From Tidjanibacter sp. (GTDB lineage: Bacteria; Bacteroidota; Bacteroidia; Bacteroidales; Rikenellaceae), in NCBI GenBank assembly GCA_017936605.1, contig JAGBFH010000022.1, positions 916-64,915 of the forward strand: DNA of 64,000 nt, written 5' to 3'. This document shows positions 49,742-57,839 of the stretch, piece after piece. Below the pieces are notes generated by a model that was not told where the DNA came from, did no database searches, and saw only the letters and a program-made list of their open reading frames with translations. The position numbers were made by a program, and so were the translations under genes. Position 1 is the stretch's first letter, and each line of letters starts with the position of its first letter.

Positions 49742-50965
49742 TTACTCGAACTCGGCACGCAAAATCTTCACAACCTCCTCAATAGTCTCCTCCTCGAGGT
49801 CGGTGCGCTTGGCGAGCTCCTCGTTGGATAGCTCCAGAACGCTCTTGGCGGTGTCGCAACCGATGCGCTTAAAGGCATCGATAATCCACTGCTCGATCTC
49901 GTCGTTGAACTCGTCGAGGTCTACATCCTCCTCGTCGGCATCGCGGAATACATCAATATCGTAGCCGGTGAGCATAGTGGCCAGACGGATATTGAGGCCA
50001 CCCTTACCAATGGCGAGCGACACCTCGCTGGGCTTGAGGTAGACCGAAGCGGTCTTCTTGGCCTCGTCGAGCGAGATGGAGGTAATCTTCGCGGGGTTCA
50101 GGGCACGCTGGATGAGCAGCGAGGTGTTGGCGGTCCAGTTCACAACATCGATATTCTCGTTGCGGAGCTCCTTCACGATGGAGTAGATGCGCGAGCCTTT
50201 AACACCCACACAAGCACCCACGGGGTCAACCCTATCGTCGTAGGACTCAACAGCCACCTTGGCCCTCTCGCCGGGGATGCGGACAATCTTCTTGATGGTG
50301 ATGAGGCCATCGAAAATCTCGGGCACCTCCTGCTCGAAGAGCCTCTGCAAGAACTCGGGAGCAGTACGAGACAGGATAATCACAGGGGTGTTGTTGCGCA
50401 TCTCCACCTTGGTGACGATGGCCTTGATGGCGTCGCCCTTGCGGAAGAAATCGCTGGGAATCTGCTCGCTCTTGGGCAGCACGAGCTCATTGTCATCGTC
50501 GTCGAGCACCAAGATCTCCTTCTTCCACACCTGGTAAACCTCACCGGTGATGATATCGCCCACCTTCTCGCTATACTTCTCGAAGAGGTTGGCCTTCTCC
50601 AGGTCGAGGATGCGCGAAGCCAAGTTCTGACGGAGCGACAACACCGCACGGCGACCGAACGACGACATCTCAATCTGGTCGGAAACCTCCTCACCTACCT
50701 CATAGGTGGGGTCCAAAAGGCGAGCCTCCGAGAGGGAAATCTGCTGATTCTCGTTCTCCACAGCACCATCCTCTACAATGATTCTGTTGCGCCAAATCTC
50801 CAAGTCACCCTTCTCGGGGTTGATGATGACATCGAAGTTCTCATCGGTCTCGTAGGTCTTCTGAAGGTGGTGACGGAATACATCCTCCAACACACCAATC
50901 ATAGTACTCTTGTCAATGTTCTTAAGCTCTTTGAACTCTGCAAAGTTGCTAATCAAATTCTCCAT
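49742..50965 (-). CDS. nusA: Transcription termination factor NusA
   Basis: FGRRAV, RIPGERAKVAV, DPVGACVGVKGSRI, AIGKGGLN. Confidence 0.98.
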   Translation of the reverse strand: MENLISNFAEFKELKNIDKSTMIGVLEDVFRHHLQKTYETDENFDVIINPEKGDLEIWRNRIIVEDGAVENENQQISLSEARLLDPTYEVGEEVSDQIEMSSFGRRAVLSLRQNLASRILDLEKANLFEKYSEKVGDIITGEVYQVWKKEILVLDDDDNELVLPKSEQIPSDFFRKGDAIKAIVTKVEMRNNTPVIILSRTAPEFLQRLFEQEVPEIFDGLITIKKIVRIPGERAKVAVESYDDRVDPVGACVGVKGSRIYSIVKELRNENIDVVNWTANTSLLIQRALNPAKITSISLDEAKKTASVYLKPSEVSLAIGKGGLNIRLATMLTGYDIDVFRDADEEDVDLDEFNDEIEQWIIDAFKRIGCDTAKSVLELSNEELAKRTDLEEETIEEVVKILRAEFE

Positions 50966-51012
50966 TTGTCCTTTTTGTTTTTATGTTTTGTTCCTTTTGT
51001 TTCCCTTTTTTT

Positions 51013-51410
51013 CGCAGCTTTTTATAAAAAGCGAAACTTCTTAGTCGCTTTTTTATAAAAAAGCTCCGCAAAAAATTTTTAGGAGATACTTCGTATCTCT
51101 GTATCCCAATGCAATAATTCTACCTTCGGCCTTGCTTCGGAATCCCAGTACTCGCTGGCACCGTTGTGCCCGATACTGCGTATCGCTGTGTTTACCAGGG
51201 GCTCTATGCTCCTTAATCTCCTTAAGGTCATTAAGGTCTTTAGGGTCTTTAAGGTCCTTAGGGTATTTTCTACCATCCCCAAAAAATCAACTGCCCCTGA
51301 AAATTCGTATTGCGAGGGGATTTCAAGGCTTGGTTTTGATTTTGCTCCGCAGTTTACTGGGGTAAATGAGGAAGCAAAATCGAAAGCGTAACGAAGAAAT
51401 CACCCGCAAG
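51013..51410. repeat. Composite element between rimP and nusA: B copy 6 (51013-51100), 9-mers, A copy 8 (51311-51410)
   Basis: Same motifs as the other A and B copies. Confidence 0.85.
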
Positions 51411-51418
51411 ACGGATTT

Positions 51419-51886
51419 TTATTTGAAGTCGAGATACTCCTTGACCGCCTTTATCTGGTCGAAAGTATAACTCTCCACAACCTCAACCTCCACTTTGCGT
51501 TTCTTGCCCTCTACGGCCTTGCGCTCGGTGTAGGTGATGGTGATGGCGGTGGGGTCCACCTCCTTGAGGGTCGCCAGAATCTTCTCGCCGCTGCAAAGCA
51601 CCACCTCAACACTCTTGCCAATGAGCTTGTAGTACTGGCGCAAAAGTTTCAGGGGCTGGCCCACGCCTGCCGAGTAGACGGAGAGCTCGAAGTCCTCCTC
51701 GTCCCTATCGAAGGCCGACTCCACAGCGCGACTGAAGGCCACGCAGGCATCCAGGTCCACAGCGCTGTCGGCATCAATAACAATCTCTATCTCGTTGGCG
51801 GGCGAGCACTTAAGGTCCACAATAAAGCGATCTGTACCCTCAAGAGCGGCCTCGGCCACCTGGCGTATTTTCTCGATATCCATCAT
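51419..51886 (-). CDS. rimP: Ribosome maturation factor RimP
   Basis: FDRDEEDFELSVYSAGVGQPLK; first gene of rimP-nusA-infB. Confidence 0.93.
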   Translation of the reverse strand: MMDIEKIRQVAEAALEGTDRFIVDLKCSPANEIEIVIDADSAVDLDACVAFSRAVESAFDRDEEDFELSVYSAGVGQPLKLLRQYYKLIGKSVEVVLCSGEKILATLKEVDPTAITITYTERKAVEGKKRKVEVEVVESYTFDQIKAVKEYLDFK

Positions 51887-52002
51887 AGTTTGTAAGCTGT
51901 TATCTCTTAGCCGTCAGCCATTAGCTATTGGCCTTGGGCTCAAGTAATTACTCTCTAATTGACGGTGCCACAGGAGGGCATCCATCGTCGTTATACTACG
52001 AA

Positions 52003-52076
52003 ATTCGGGGACTCATCTGGTCCCCGAATCGCTTTCTTTGCACCGCAAAGATACAACTTTTGCCGCACTTTGCAAA
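52003..52076 (-). promoter_or_regulatory. rimP promoter and leader hairpin
   Basis: - strand TATCTTTG at 52046-52053 with TTTG about 20 nt upstream; leader stem ATTCGGGGAC-N7-GTCCCCGAAT at 52003-52029. Confidence 0.7.
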
Positions 52077-52105
52077 TTTTTACATATAATTTATAGAGTT
52101 TTTCT

Positions 52106-52522
52106 CTACTCCGCCCTTCCAAAAAGGTTCTTTAGGCGACGGCCGAAGAGGAGCATAACATCCACAAAACGCCTTTCGCCCGTAACCACCGAGGCGTTCT
52201 CGAGATAGCTCCAGAACTCCACACCACAGACAAAGCCTGTGAAGAGGTTGGCAAGTCGCAGTTCGACAAAGGGTGAGGCGATGCCGTCGAGCAGCCAGGC
52301 CAGAACGATGCCCGCCATCACGAACGACAGTTTGCGGATAGTTTTCCAAGCCTTGCGGCTCTCGAAGCGCCAAGTGCGCCCCTCGGTGCGGGCCCTGCGA
52401 CGGTCTGCCAGAACTCCCGTGAGGAAGTCCACCGCCACGAACGCCATCGCACACACAAGCAAAGGCTCTACGGGTGCAAAGAGTGAGAGCACCCCCGTAA
52501 CGATTCCAGTCAAATACTTCAT
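52106..52522 (-). CDS. Phage holin (family 4-like)
   Basis: TM helices; VDFLTGV and EFWSYLEN motifs. Confidence 0.8.
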   Translation of the reverse strand: MKYLTGIVTGVLSLFAPVEPLLVCAMAFVAVDFLTGVLADRRRARTEGRTWRFESRKAWKTIRKLSFVMAGIVLAWLLDGIASPFVELRLANLFTGFVCGVEFWSYLENASVVTGERRFVDVMLLFGRRLKNLFGRAE

Positions 52523-52569
52523 TTTTTAGTTTTTAGTTTTCAGTTTTAAGTTCGTCAGTTTTCAGTTTG

Positions 52570-53049
52570 TCAGAGGACAATGCCGCCCGAGAGTGAGGTG
52601 CGGGAGCGCACATTCTCCTCGGGGGAGTAGAGGGGGCCGAGGGTGGGCAGCAGGGCGAGTTGCTCGGTGGCGGCATCGATGAGTGCCTCGGCGTCGTGGC
52701 GCAGTCGTCGTAGGGCCGCACGCATCGCCGCACTATCGGCCACCTCGAAGCTCTCGCCCGAGAGCCTCACGACACCCGCCGTGCCTACCTGTACGGCCAG
52801 CGAGGGCAAAACTACCGAGGCTACATAGAGTGCCAAGGGTACTTTAAGAAACTCCTCGGTAAACTTTGTGCACTCCTCCGAGGGGTTTTCGGCAACAAGC
52901 AGGTCGAAGAGCTCTCGGCCCACCACAGGGCGCAGAAAGCGTCGTTGGGCGGCAAGGATGGTGTGGGCGGGCACCGCCTCCTCGCGGAGGGTGTTGGTTG
53001 TGCCGAAGGCAATGGAGATGACCTCGGCAGAGGTGATGAGTTGTTTCAT
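52570..53049 (-). CDS. Putative head-tail adaptor/connector protein
   Basis: 159 aa, helical; directly downstream of the portal; AQRRFLRPVVGRELFD and KVPLALYV resemble Bacteroidetes phage adaptors. Confidence 0.55.
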   Translation of the reverse strand: MKQLITSAEVISIAFGTTNTLREEAVPAHTILAAQRRFLRPVVGRELFDLLVAENPSEECTKFTEEFLKVPLALYVASVVLPSLAVQVGTAGVVRLSGESFEVADSAAMRAALRRLRHDAEALIDAATEQLALLPTLGPLYSPEENVRSRTSLSGGIVL

Positions 53050-53055
53050 AGCTTC

Positions 53056-54300
53056 TTAGTCTACATTTTTGAGTCCATACTTGGTTACCTGTGCCACATA
53101 GTACTGCTCCTCGGGGTTTGTGGGGTCGTAGTCGAGGCCGTCGGCCTTGCGGGCCTCCCAAACACGCATATAGAGGGGCTTGGAGCGCGAGGGCGGGCGG
53201 TTGACAATCTCCAGTCGTGAGCCATCCTCACCCAGGATGGTGCTCACCAACGAGCGTATGGGCTCCATAAGCTCCTCCTGCTCGCCGAGGATGACCGTAT
53301 TGAGGGCCACCTCCCACTCGTGCAGGATGCGCTCCGAGGAGAAACCGCCGGCATAGTCGAGGCCGCTGAGGCTGCGGAACCACGAGTGGGCAATGACGAT
53401 GTCACCCGTAGCCTGGTCGTGGAGCTCGCGCCAGTCGCCCTCGTTGGTGGAGGTGATGGGGATGAAGCGCGAATTGTCGCCGTCGTCGCACTCCTTGACC
53501 ATAAACATCACCTGACCGGGCTTGCCCGAGAACTTGCGCTGTGCTGCGGCGGCCAGCTTCTCGGCCTCCTCCTCACTCTCCACGCCACCATCGAGGAGCA
53601 TCACACCCGAGAGCTGAAAGGAGTTATCCAGACGCGAGATGTTCCAGTTGTCGGTCTTGTAGGCGATGGTCGACACATTCATACCTGCAATGTAGGGCGG
53701 CACGCCATAGTGGGAGAACATAGGCTCGTAGTCCTTGTAGTGAATCATCGTGTGGAGGTTGCCATCGGCCCCCTGCTCGAAGAGCGGATAGAGTGGCACG
53801 CTAACCGCCTCGGAGCGCTGATAGCGGGTCCAGTCGTGGTGGAGCACCACGCGGCCTGAATCCTTGGCCAGTCGGCAACGCGAGGCATCCTGATGGAAGA
53901 GTGCCAGAAAGGAGTGGGCCGAGTCGGTCACTACCTCCACGAAAGCGTTGCCAAAGAGGCACTTATCGAAGGCCAGCTTATTGAGCACCTGACGCAACGA
54001 CTCGCCCTGAGAGTTGGCCTCCTCCACGAAGGCCTTGGTGCGGATGGCCTCATCGGGCAGGCTGAAGCCCGCACCCGAAATGTAGTCGGCCTTGTCGTTG
54101 ATGATGCGGCGGTGGGTTGTCGAGCAGCGCGACAGAAGCGAGAGGGCCAGGGGAAAGAGGTTGTCGCTACCCCAGTTCCAGACCTCGCCCTGCTTTGCGC
54201 CGGAGCCACCCACCTGAATGGGCAACCCGAGGCCCCCTATGGAGCTCTCGGCTCGAGGGGAGAAGATTTTGGGGGTATAGTTGATTTTTGATTTTTCCAT
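53056..54300 (-). CDS. Phage portal protein
   Basis: WGSDNLFP, STTHRRIINDKADYISG, FGNAFVEV, YGVPPY, NSFQLSGV, IVIAHSW. Confidence 0.8.
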   Translation of the reverse strand: MEKSKINYTPKIFSPRAESSIGGLGLPIQVGGSGAKQGEVWNWGSDNLFPLALSLLSRCSTTHRRIINDKADYISGAGFSLPDEAIRTKAFVEEANSQGESLRQVLNKLAFDKCLFGNAFVEVVTDSAHSFLALFHQDASRCRLAKDSGRVVLHHDWTRYQRSEAVSVPLYPLFEQGADGNLHTMIHYKDYEPMFSHYGVPPYIAGMNVSTIAYKTDNWNISRLDNSFQLSGVMLLDGGVESEEEAEKLAAAAQRKFSGKPGQVMFMVKECDDGDNSRFIPITSTNEGDWRELHDQATGDIVIAHSWFRSLSGLDYAGGFSSERILHEWEVALNTVILGEQEELMEPIRSLVSTILGEDGSRLEIVNRPPSRSKPLYMRVWEARKADGLDYDPTNPEEQYYVAQVTKYGLKNVD

Positions 54301-54331
54301 TTTTCGCTTGAAGGTTAATGGGTTAAAGATG

Positions 54332-54360
54332 AAAAAGGGGCCCGAAACGAGAGGCCCCTT
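54332..54360 (-). terminator. Internal terminator after the capsid and putative major tail genes
   Basis: On - strand AAGGGGCC-N10-GGCCCCTT followed by TTT. Confidence 0.7.
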
Positions 54361-54374
54361 AGGATTCTTTTGCG

Positions 54375-54863
54375 CTACAGTTCGAGGGGACTAAAGGGGG
54401 TCGCACTCCAACCATCCTTCGAGCCGAGGAGCATCCTCACCGTAGGGTTGTCGCTACGCTTTGTGGCGCTGTCGCCCTCGGCCTCCAGCAGCCTCAGGGG
54501 ATAATCGGCACCACCGCGGGGCGAGCACCCAACAACAAAACTCCTACCCGAGGTGAGAGTGAGTACGGCGACCACACCCTGACGGCTGAGGGCTCTTACC
54601 TGTCCGAGCAACTCGGTCCTTAGACCACTCACGACCATCTCGAGGTGGTGCTCCACCCCACCCTCGGAGTCTATGCGCTCGAGATAGCGGGCTCCGCCAT
54701 CGGCAAAATAGACCTCCAGAGGGGTCGCCTCGGGCGCCAGACTACAGTTCGTAAAGCCCGCCGAGGAGCGGTAGCCCCCGAAGCTCACATCGTCCACCTT
54801 GTAGAGGACCACCGAGCGCAAGCCCCCGAAATTACGAGAGCACGATGCAGAGGAGCCTTCCAT
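54375..54863 (-). CDS. Putative major tail (tube) protein
   Basis: 162 aa right after the capsid gene; N-terminal CSRNFGGLRSVVLY pattern typical of Bacteroidetes siphovirus tube-like proteins. Confidence 0.5.
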   Translation of the reverse strand: MEGSSASCSRNFGGLRSVVLYKVDDVSFGGYRSSAGFTNCSLAPEATPLEVYFADGGARYLERIDSEGGVEHHLEMVVSGLRTELLGQVRALSRQGVVAVLTLTSGRSFVVGCSPRGGADYPLRLLEAEGDSATKRSDNPTVRMLLGSKDGWSATPFSPLEL

Positions 54864-54865
54864 AA

Positions 54866-56089
54866 CTACTCAATCGGGAACAACATCTCGCCAGCCTTGA
54901 CAAGAGTCAGTCTATACATCGTTGCGCCCTCCACCGAGAACTCAATCTCATTGTGACCCTCATAGAGGCACAGGGACTCACCTTCAATGATGGGCTCGTA
55001 GTTGTCGTCATAGGCAAAGGCCCAAATCTCTTCTGCCCAGGGCTCAGGGGTGTTGCAGTTGCACTCAATCTTCAGCACATCGCCATCAAGAGAGCTCTCC
55101 AGATGGCCAAGGGGAGCACCCACAGCAAAGGAGAGAAGCTCGGGCAGGAGGTAGTCGCAACCGGCCATAAAGATTGCCCTCTGGCGGTTCTCCATAAGGT
55201 CGGGGTTGTACCACATACGCACCTCGGTGCCGGGCATATCGTTGGTGTTGACAGCCAGGGCGAGGTTGCGGCGGTCGGTGAGCAGTGCGAAGGAGCCGGG
55301 CAGGTCGAGGGCCTGCTCCTTGTAGCCGTTGAGCTGCACATCTACCACGGGGATGCCGCGATAGAAGAGCCCGTCACGGCCCTGCTGCTTGGCCAGATAG
55401 GCGGCCTCAATGGCCACACCATCGAGCTCCTCCTCGTAGGCATTGTAGACATCGGTGGTCACAAAGAATGCCAACTGGCCCTCCGAGCGCAAGGAGCGCA
55501 ACTCCTCGGTGGCGTTATCCCAGAGCCTCTTCAGAACGGCCTCGGCCCAACCGCTCTTGCCTTCATTCACATAGGCAAAGCGGCGAATCTCCTCCTCGTT
55601 GCAGTCGTAGACAATCTGCTTGACGAAGCCGTCGAAGGTGTCCAATACGCCATTGTCACGATCTCGGTTGCCATACCACATTGTGGCCCTCACGCTCTCG
55701 GCAATGGAGGCTCTGAAGAGCGAGGTCTCGGCCTCCTCGAGCTCGGTGCCCGAGAGGTCGTCGAGGTTCACATCCGCACGACCTGTGATGAGCTCATAGA
55801 CGGTCGAGAAGTAGTTGTCGGCCGCATAGGCCATCTCGGCCTTGACCTTGTGGAGCTTCATCTCCTTCTGGAACTTGTCGGCAGGCGCACCGCCGCTCCA
55901 GCCACTGGAGGTGAAGCGATTGAGGATGTTGCCGTCGCGCTTCCAGAAGTGGAGCGTGGTGGGCACGGGCATATTGTACATCACTTTGATGCCGAGCTGC
56001 TCGGCGTTGCTACCGGTGAGCATAGGGCGGAAAAAGATGTTGTCGAGCCTCTGTCCCGAGTAGGTCTTGATACTTTCGATTTTACTCAT
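54866..56089 (-). CDS. Major capsid protein with ~80-aa C-terminal extension
   Basis: Follows the ClpP-type protease; capsid-like segments MWYGNR..TFDGFVKQI, FFVTTDVYNAYEE, YRGIPVV, NLALAVNT, RAIFMAG. Confidence 0.7.
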   Translation of the reverse strand: MSKIESIKTYSGQRLDNIFFRPMLTGSNAEQLGIKVMYNMPVPTTLHFWKRDGNILNRFTSSGWSGGAPADKFQKEMKLHKVKAEMAYAADNYFSTVYELITGRADVNLDDLSGTELEEAETSLFRASIAESVRATMWYGNRDRDNGVLDTFDGFVKQIVYDCNEEEIRRFAYVNEGKSGWAEAVLKRLWDNATEELRSLRSEGQLAFFVTTDVYNAYEEELDGVAIEAAYLAKQQGRDGLFYRGIPVVDVQLNGYKEQALDLPGSFALLTDRRNLALAVNTNDMPGTEVRMWYNPDLMENRQRAIFMAGCDYLLPELLSFAVGAPLGHLESSLDGDVLKIECNCNTPEPWAEEIWAFAYDDNYEPIIEGESLCLYEGHNEIEFSVEGATMYRLTLVKAGEMLFPIE

Positions 56090-56124
56090 TGTTGTCTTGT
56101 TGTTTTTTTAGTGATTAATTGGTT

Positions 56125-56400
56125 GTTTTTGGGGGATTGCAAGGGGGGTAAGGGGTTGCAAAGGGTTGTAGGGGAATTTAGGGAGTTTAGGGAGTTTAGG
56201 GAGTTTAAGGTCCTTAAGGTCTTTAAGGTCTTTAAGGTCCTTAAGGTCCTTAGGGTCCTTAAGGAAAACTCCCATTTCTCTCATTTCTCTCATTTCTCCC
56301 ATCTCTCCCATCTCTCCCATTTCTCCCATTTCTCCCATTTCTCCCATTTCTCCCATTTTCTGCCGAGGCAAAACCCTCTACAATCAACCCTCAACTCCTC
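56125..56400. repeat. Host 9-mer mosaic inside the phage-like operon
   Basis: (TTAGGGAGT)n, (TAAGGTCCT)n, (TTCTCCCAT)n between the protease and capsid genes. Confidence 0.9.
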
Positions 56401-57352
56401 TTCTTATGGCCTCTCGGAGGCTCTCCATATCGGCTGCATAGGCTCCGCTGTTGCCCGAGAGTTTGGGCACACCGTTGGGTGCGGGGTCGTCGCACTCCTT
56501 CACGCGGGTGGGCTCGGCCGTATGGAGTCTCGAGGGTGGCATTGGGGGGCTCTGCTGCTCACTCTTCTCGGCCTGCGAAGGGGCCACTGAGGGACCACCG
56601 TTGGCGGAGGTGGCATTGACGGGTAGGGGGTTGTTCTTTGCAAGGCCCACACGCTTTAGGACCCTACCCCACGCCTCCGAAAGACGCTCAGCGAGGGGCT
56701 TGGGAGGTAGGGGTGTGAGCCCCAGGAGGGCAATCTGGCCACGAGCGTCGTCGGTGATGGGCGAGGAGGCTATGATGCTGTCCACCAATCCCGCCTCCAG
56801 ACACTCCTCGGGCGAGAGCCACACACCCTTGCCACCATTGCGGTTCATCAGCTGGCGATACTCCTCGGGGGTGCGACCCGCAGCAAGGGCATATATCTCC
56901 GCCAGACGCTCGTCGCTCTTGTCGAGAAGCTCTTTGGTGGCGGCCAGTGAGTGGCTGTTGCCCTCCACGGCGCTCTCGCAGCAGTGTATGAGGTAGAGTG
57001 CGTTGGCCGAGATTTCGCGGCACCCCTTGGAGGCGGCCTGAGCGATGATGGTTGCGGCCGAGGCCACATAGCCGTAGCAGCGGGTGATGACCTCCACGCC
57101 CAGCTCGCGTGCCGCATCGTAGATGAGTAGTGCATCGGCCAGACAGCCGCCCGTCGAGCGGATATTGAGCACCAGTCGGTCCACACCGCCACTCTGGCGA
57201 ATCTCCTCCAGCGCACTCTCGAAGCGCTCGTAGGTGGCCACGCGGCCATCTTCGGTGCCGAACTGTTCCACCTCGGGGGTGCCGAGTATGCCGTCGATGT
57301 CGATGGTGGCGACCCTCAGCGAGGTGGCGATTTTGTTGTTTGATTCTTCCAT
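56384..57352 (-). CDS. ClpP-type prohead protease with C-terminal scaffold-like tail
   Basis: IDIDGILG, LNIRSTGG, GYVASAATII (catalytic Ser), YLIH (His), WLSPEECLEAGLVDSI; Pro-rich tail. Confidence 0.88.
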   Translation of the reverse strand: MEESNNKIATSLRVATIDIDGILGTPEVEQFGTEDGRVATYERFESALEEIRQSGGVDRLVLNIRSTGGCLADALLIYDAARELGVEVITRCYGYVASAATIIAQAASKGCREISANALYLIHCCESAVEGNSHSLAATKELLDKSDERLAEIYALAAGRTPEEYRQLMNRNGGKGVWLSPEECLEAGLVDSIIASSPITDDARGQIALLGLTPLPPKPLAERLSEAWGRVLKRVGLAKNNPLPVNATSANGGPSVAPSQAEKSEQQSPPMPPSRLHTAEPTRVKECDDPAPNGVPKLSGNSGAYAADMESLREAIRRGVEG

Positions 57353-57378
57353 AATCTTTCTTTTCTTAATCGGTTTTC

Positions 57379-57639
57379 TTATCGGTAGATGTAGCCTACG
57401 ACCGTTCCGTAGGAGCAGTTTACGGCCTCGGCGACCAGGTGCATAGCCTCTATCTTGGGCACCCCCTGCCGCTGGAGCTGAGCCACTCGCTCACGCACAA
57501 CAAAGGCCTTGGCGGCCGAGGGGGCTATAAGGCCGTTGGAGATGAGGAACTCTATGGTCCCACACGAGGTCATCCCCCTGCAACGGGAGAGCAACAGGGC
57601 CTCCACATCACGATCCAACTTGGTTTGCGCGGCTGCCAT
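57379..57639 (-). CDS. Small protein with a possible C-terminal HTH
   Basis: 86 aa; VPKIEAMHLVAEAVNCSYGTVVGYIYR; ATG overlaps the upstream TGA. Confidence 0.65.
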   Translation of the reverse strand: MAAAQTKLDRDVEALLLSRCRGMTSCGTIEFLISNGLIAPSAAKAFVVRERVAQLQRQGVPKIEAMHLVAEAVNCSYGTVVGYIYR

Positions 57640-57806
57640 CACTCCACAATGTTTGCTTGTTCCACAACGGCCCTGACGGCCTGCTGAGCTGCTGTTATCT
57701 CGCTCTCCAGGACATAGACCTTCACTTGTCTAAGGGCCGAGGCGATGGCCGAGGCGAGCTCCTCGATGGTGAGGCTCACGGTTTTGGTTTCGGGATTGTA
57801 ATTCAT
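57639..57806 (-). CDS. 55-aa protein resembling a tape-measure C-terminus (not in the ORF track)
   Basis: Manual translation MNYNPETKTVSLTIEELASAIASALRQVKVYVLESEITAAQQAVRAVVEQANIVE; host codon bias; TGA overlaps the next ATG. Confidence 0.7.
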   Translation of the reverse strand: MNYNPETKTVSLTIEELASAIASALRQVKVYVLESEITAAQQAVRAVVEQANIVE

Positions 57807-57839
57807 AACGCTTGCAATGTTTTCTTCTCATTCTTCACA

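Noticed and set aside
56108-56371. Low-complexity ORFs such as MGEMGEMGE, LKDLKDL and SHFSHF (also 17635..17985, 45367..45612, 6554..6754)
   Set aside because: They are translations of the 9-bp intergenic arrays, appear in several frames and on both strands, and have no evidence of expression.
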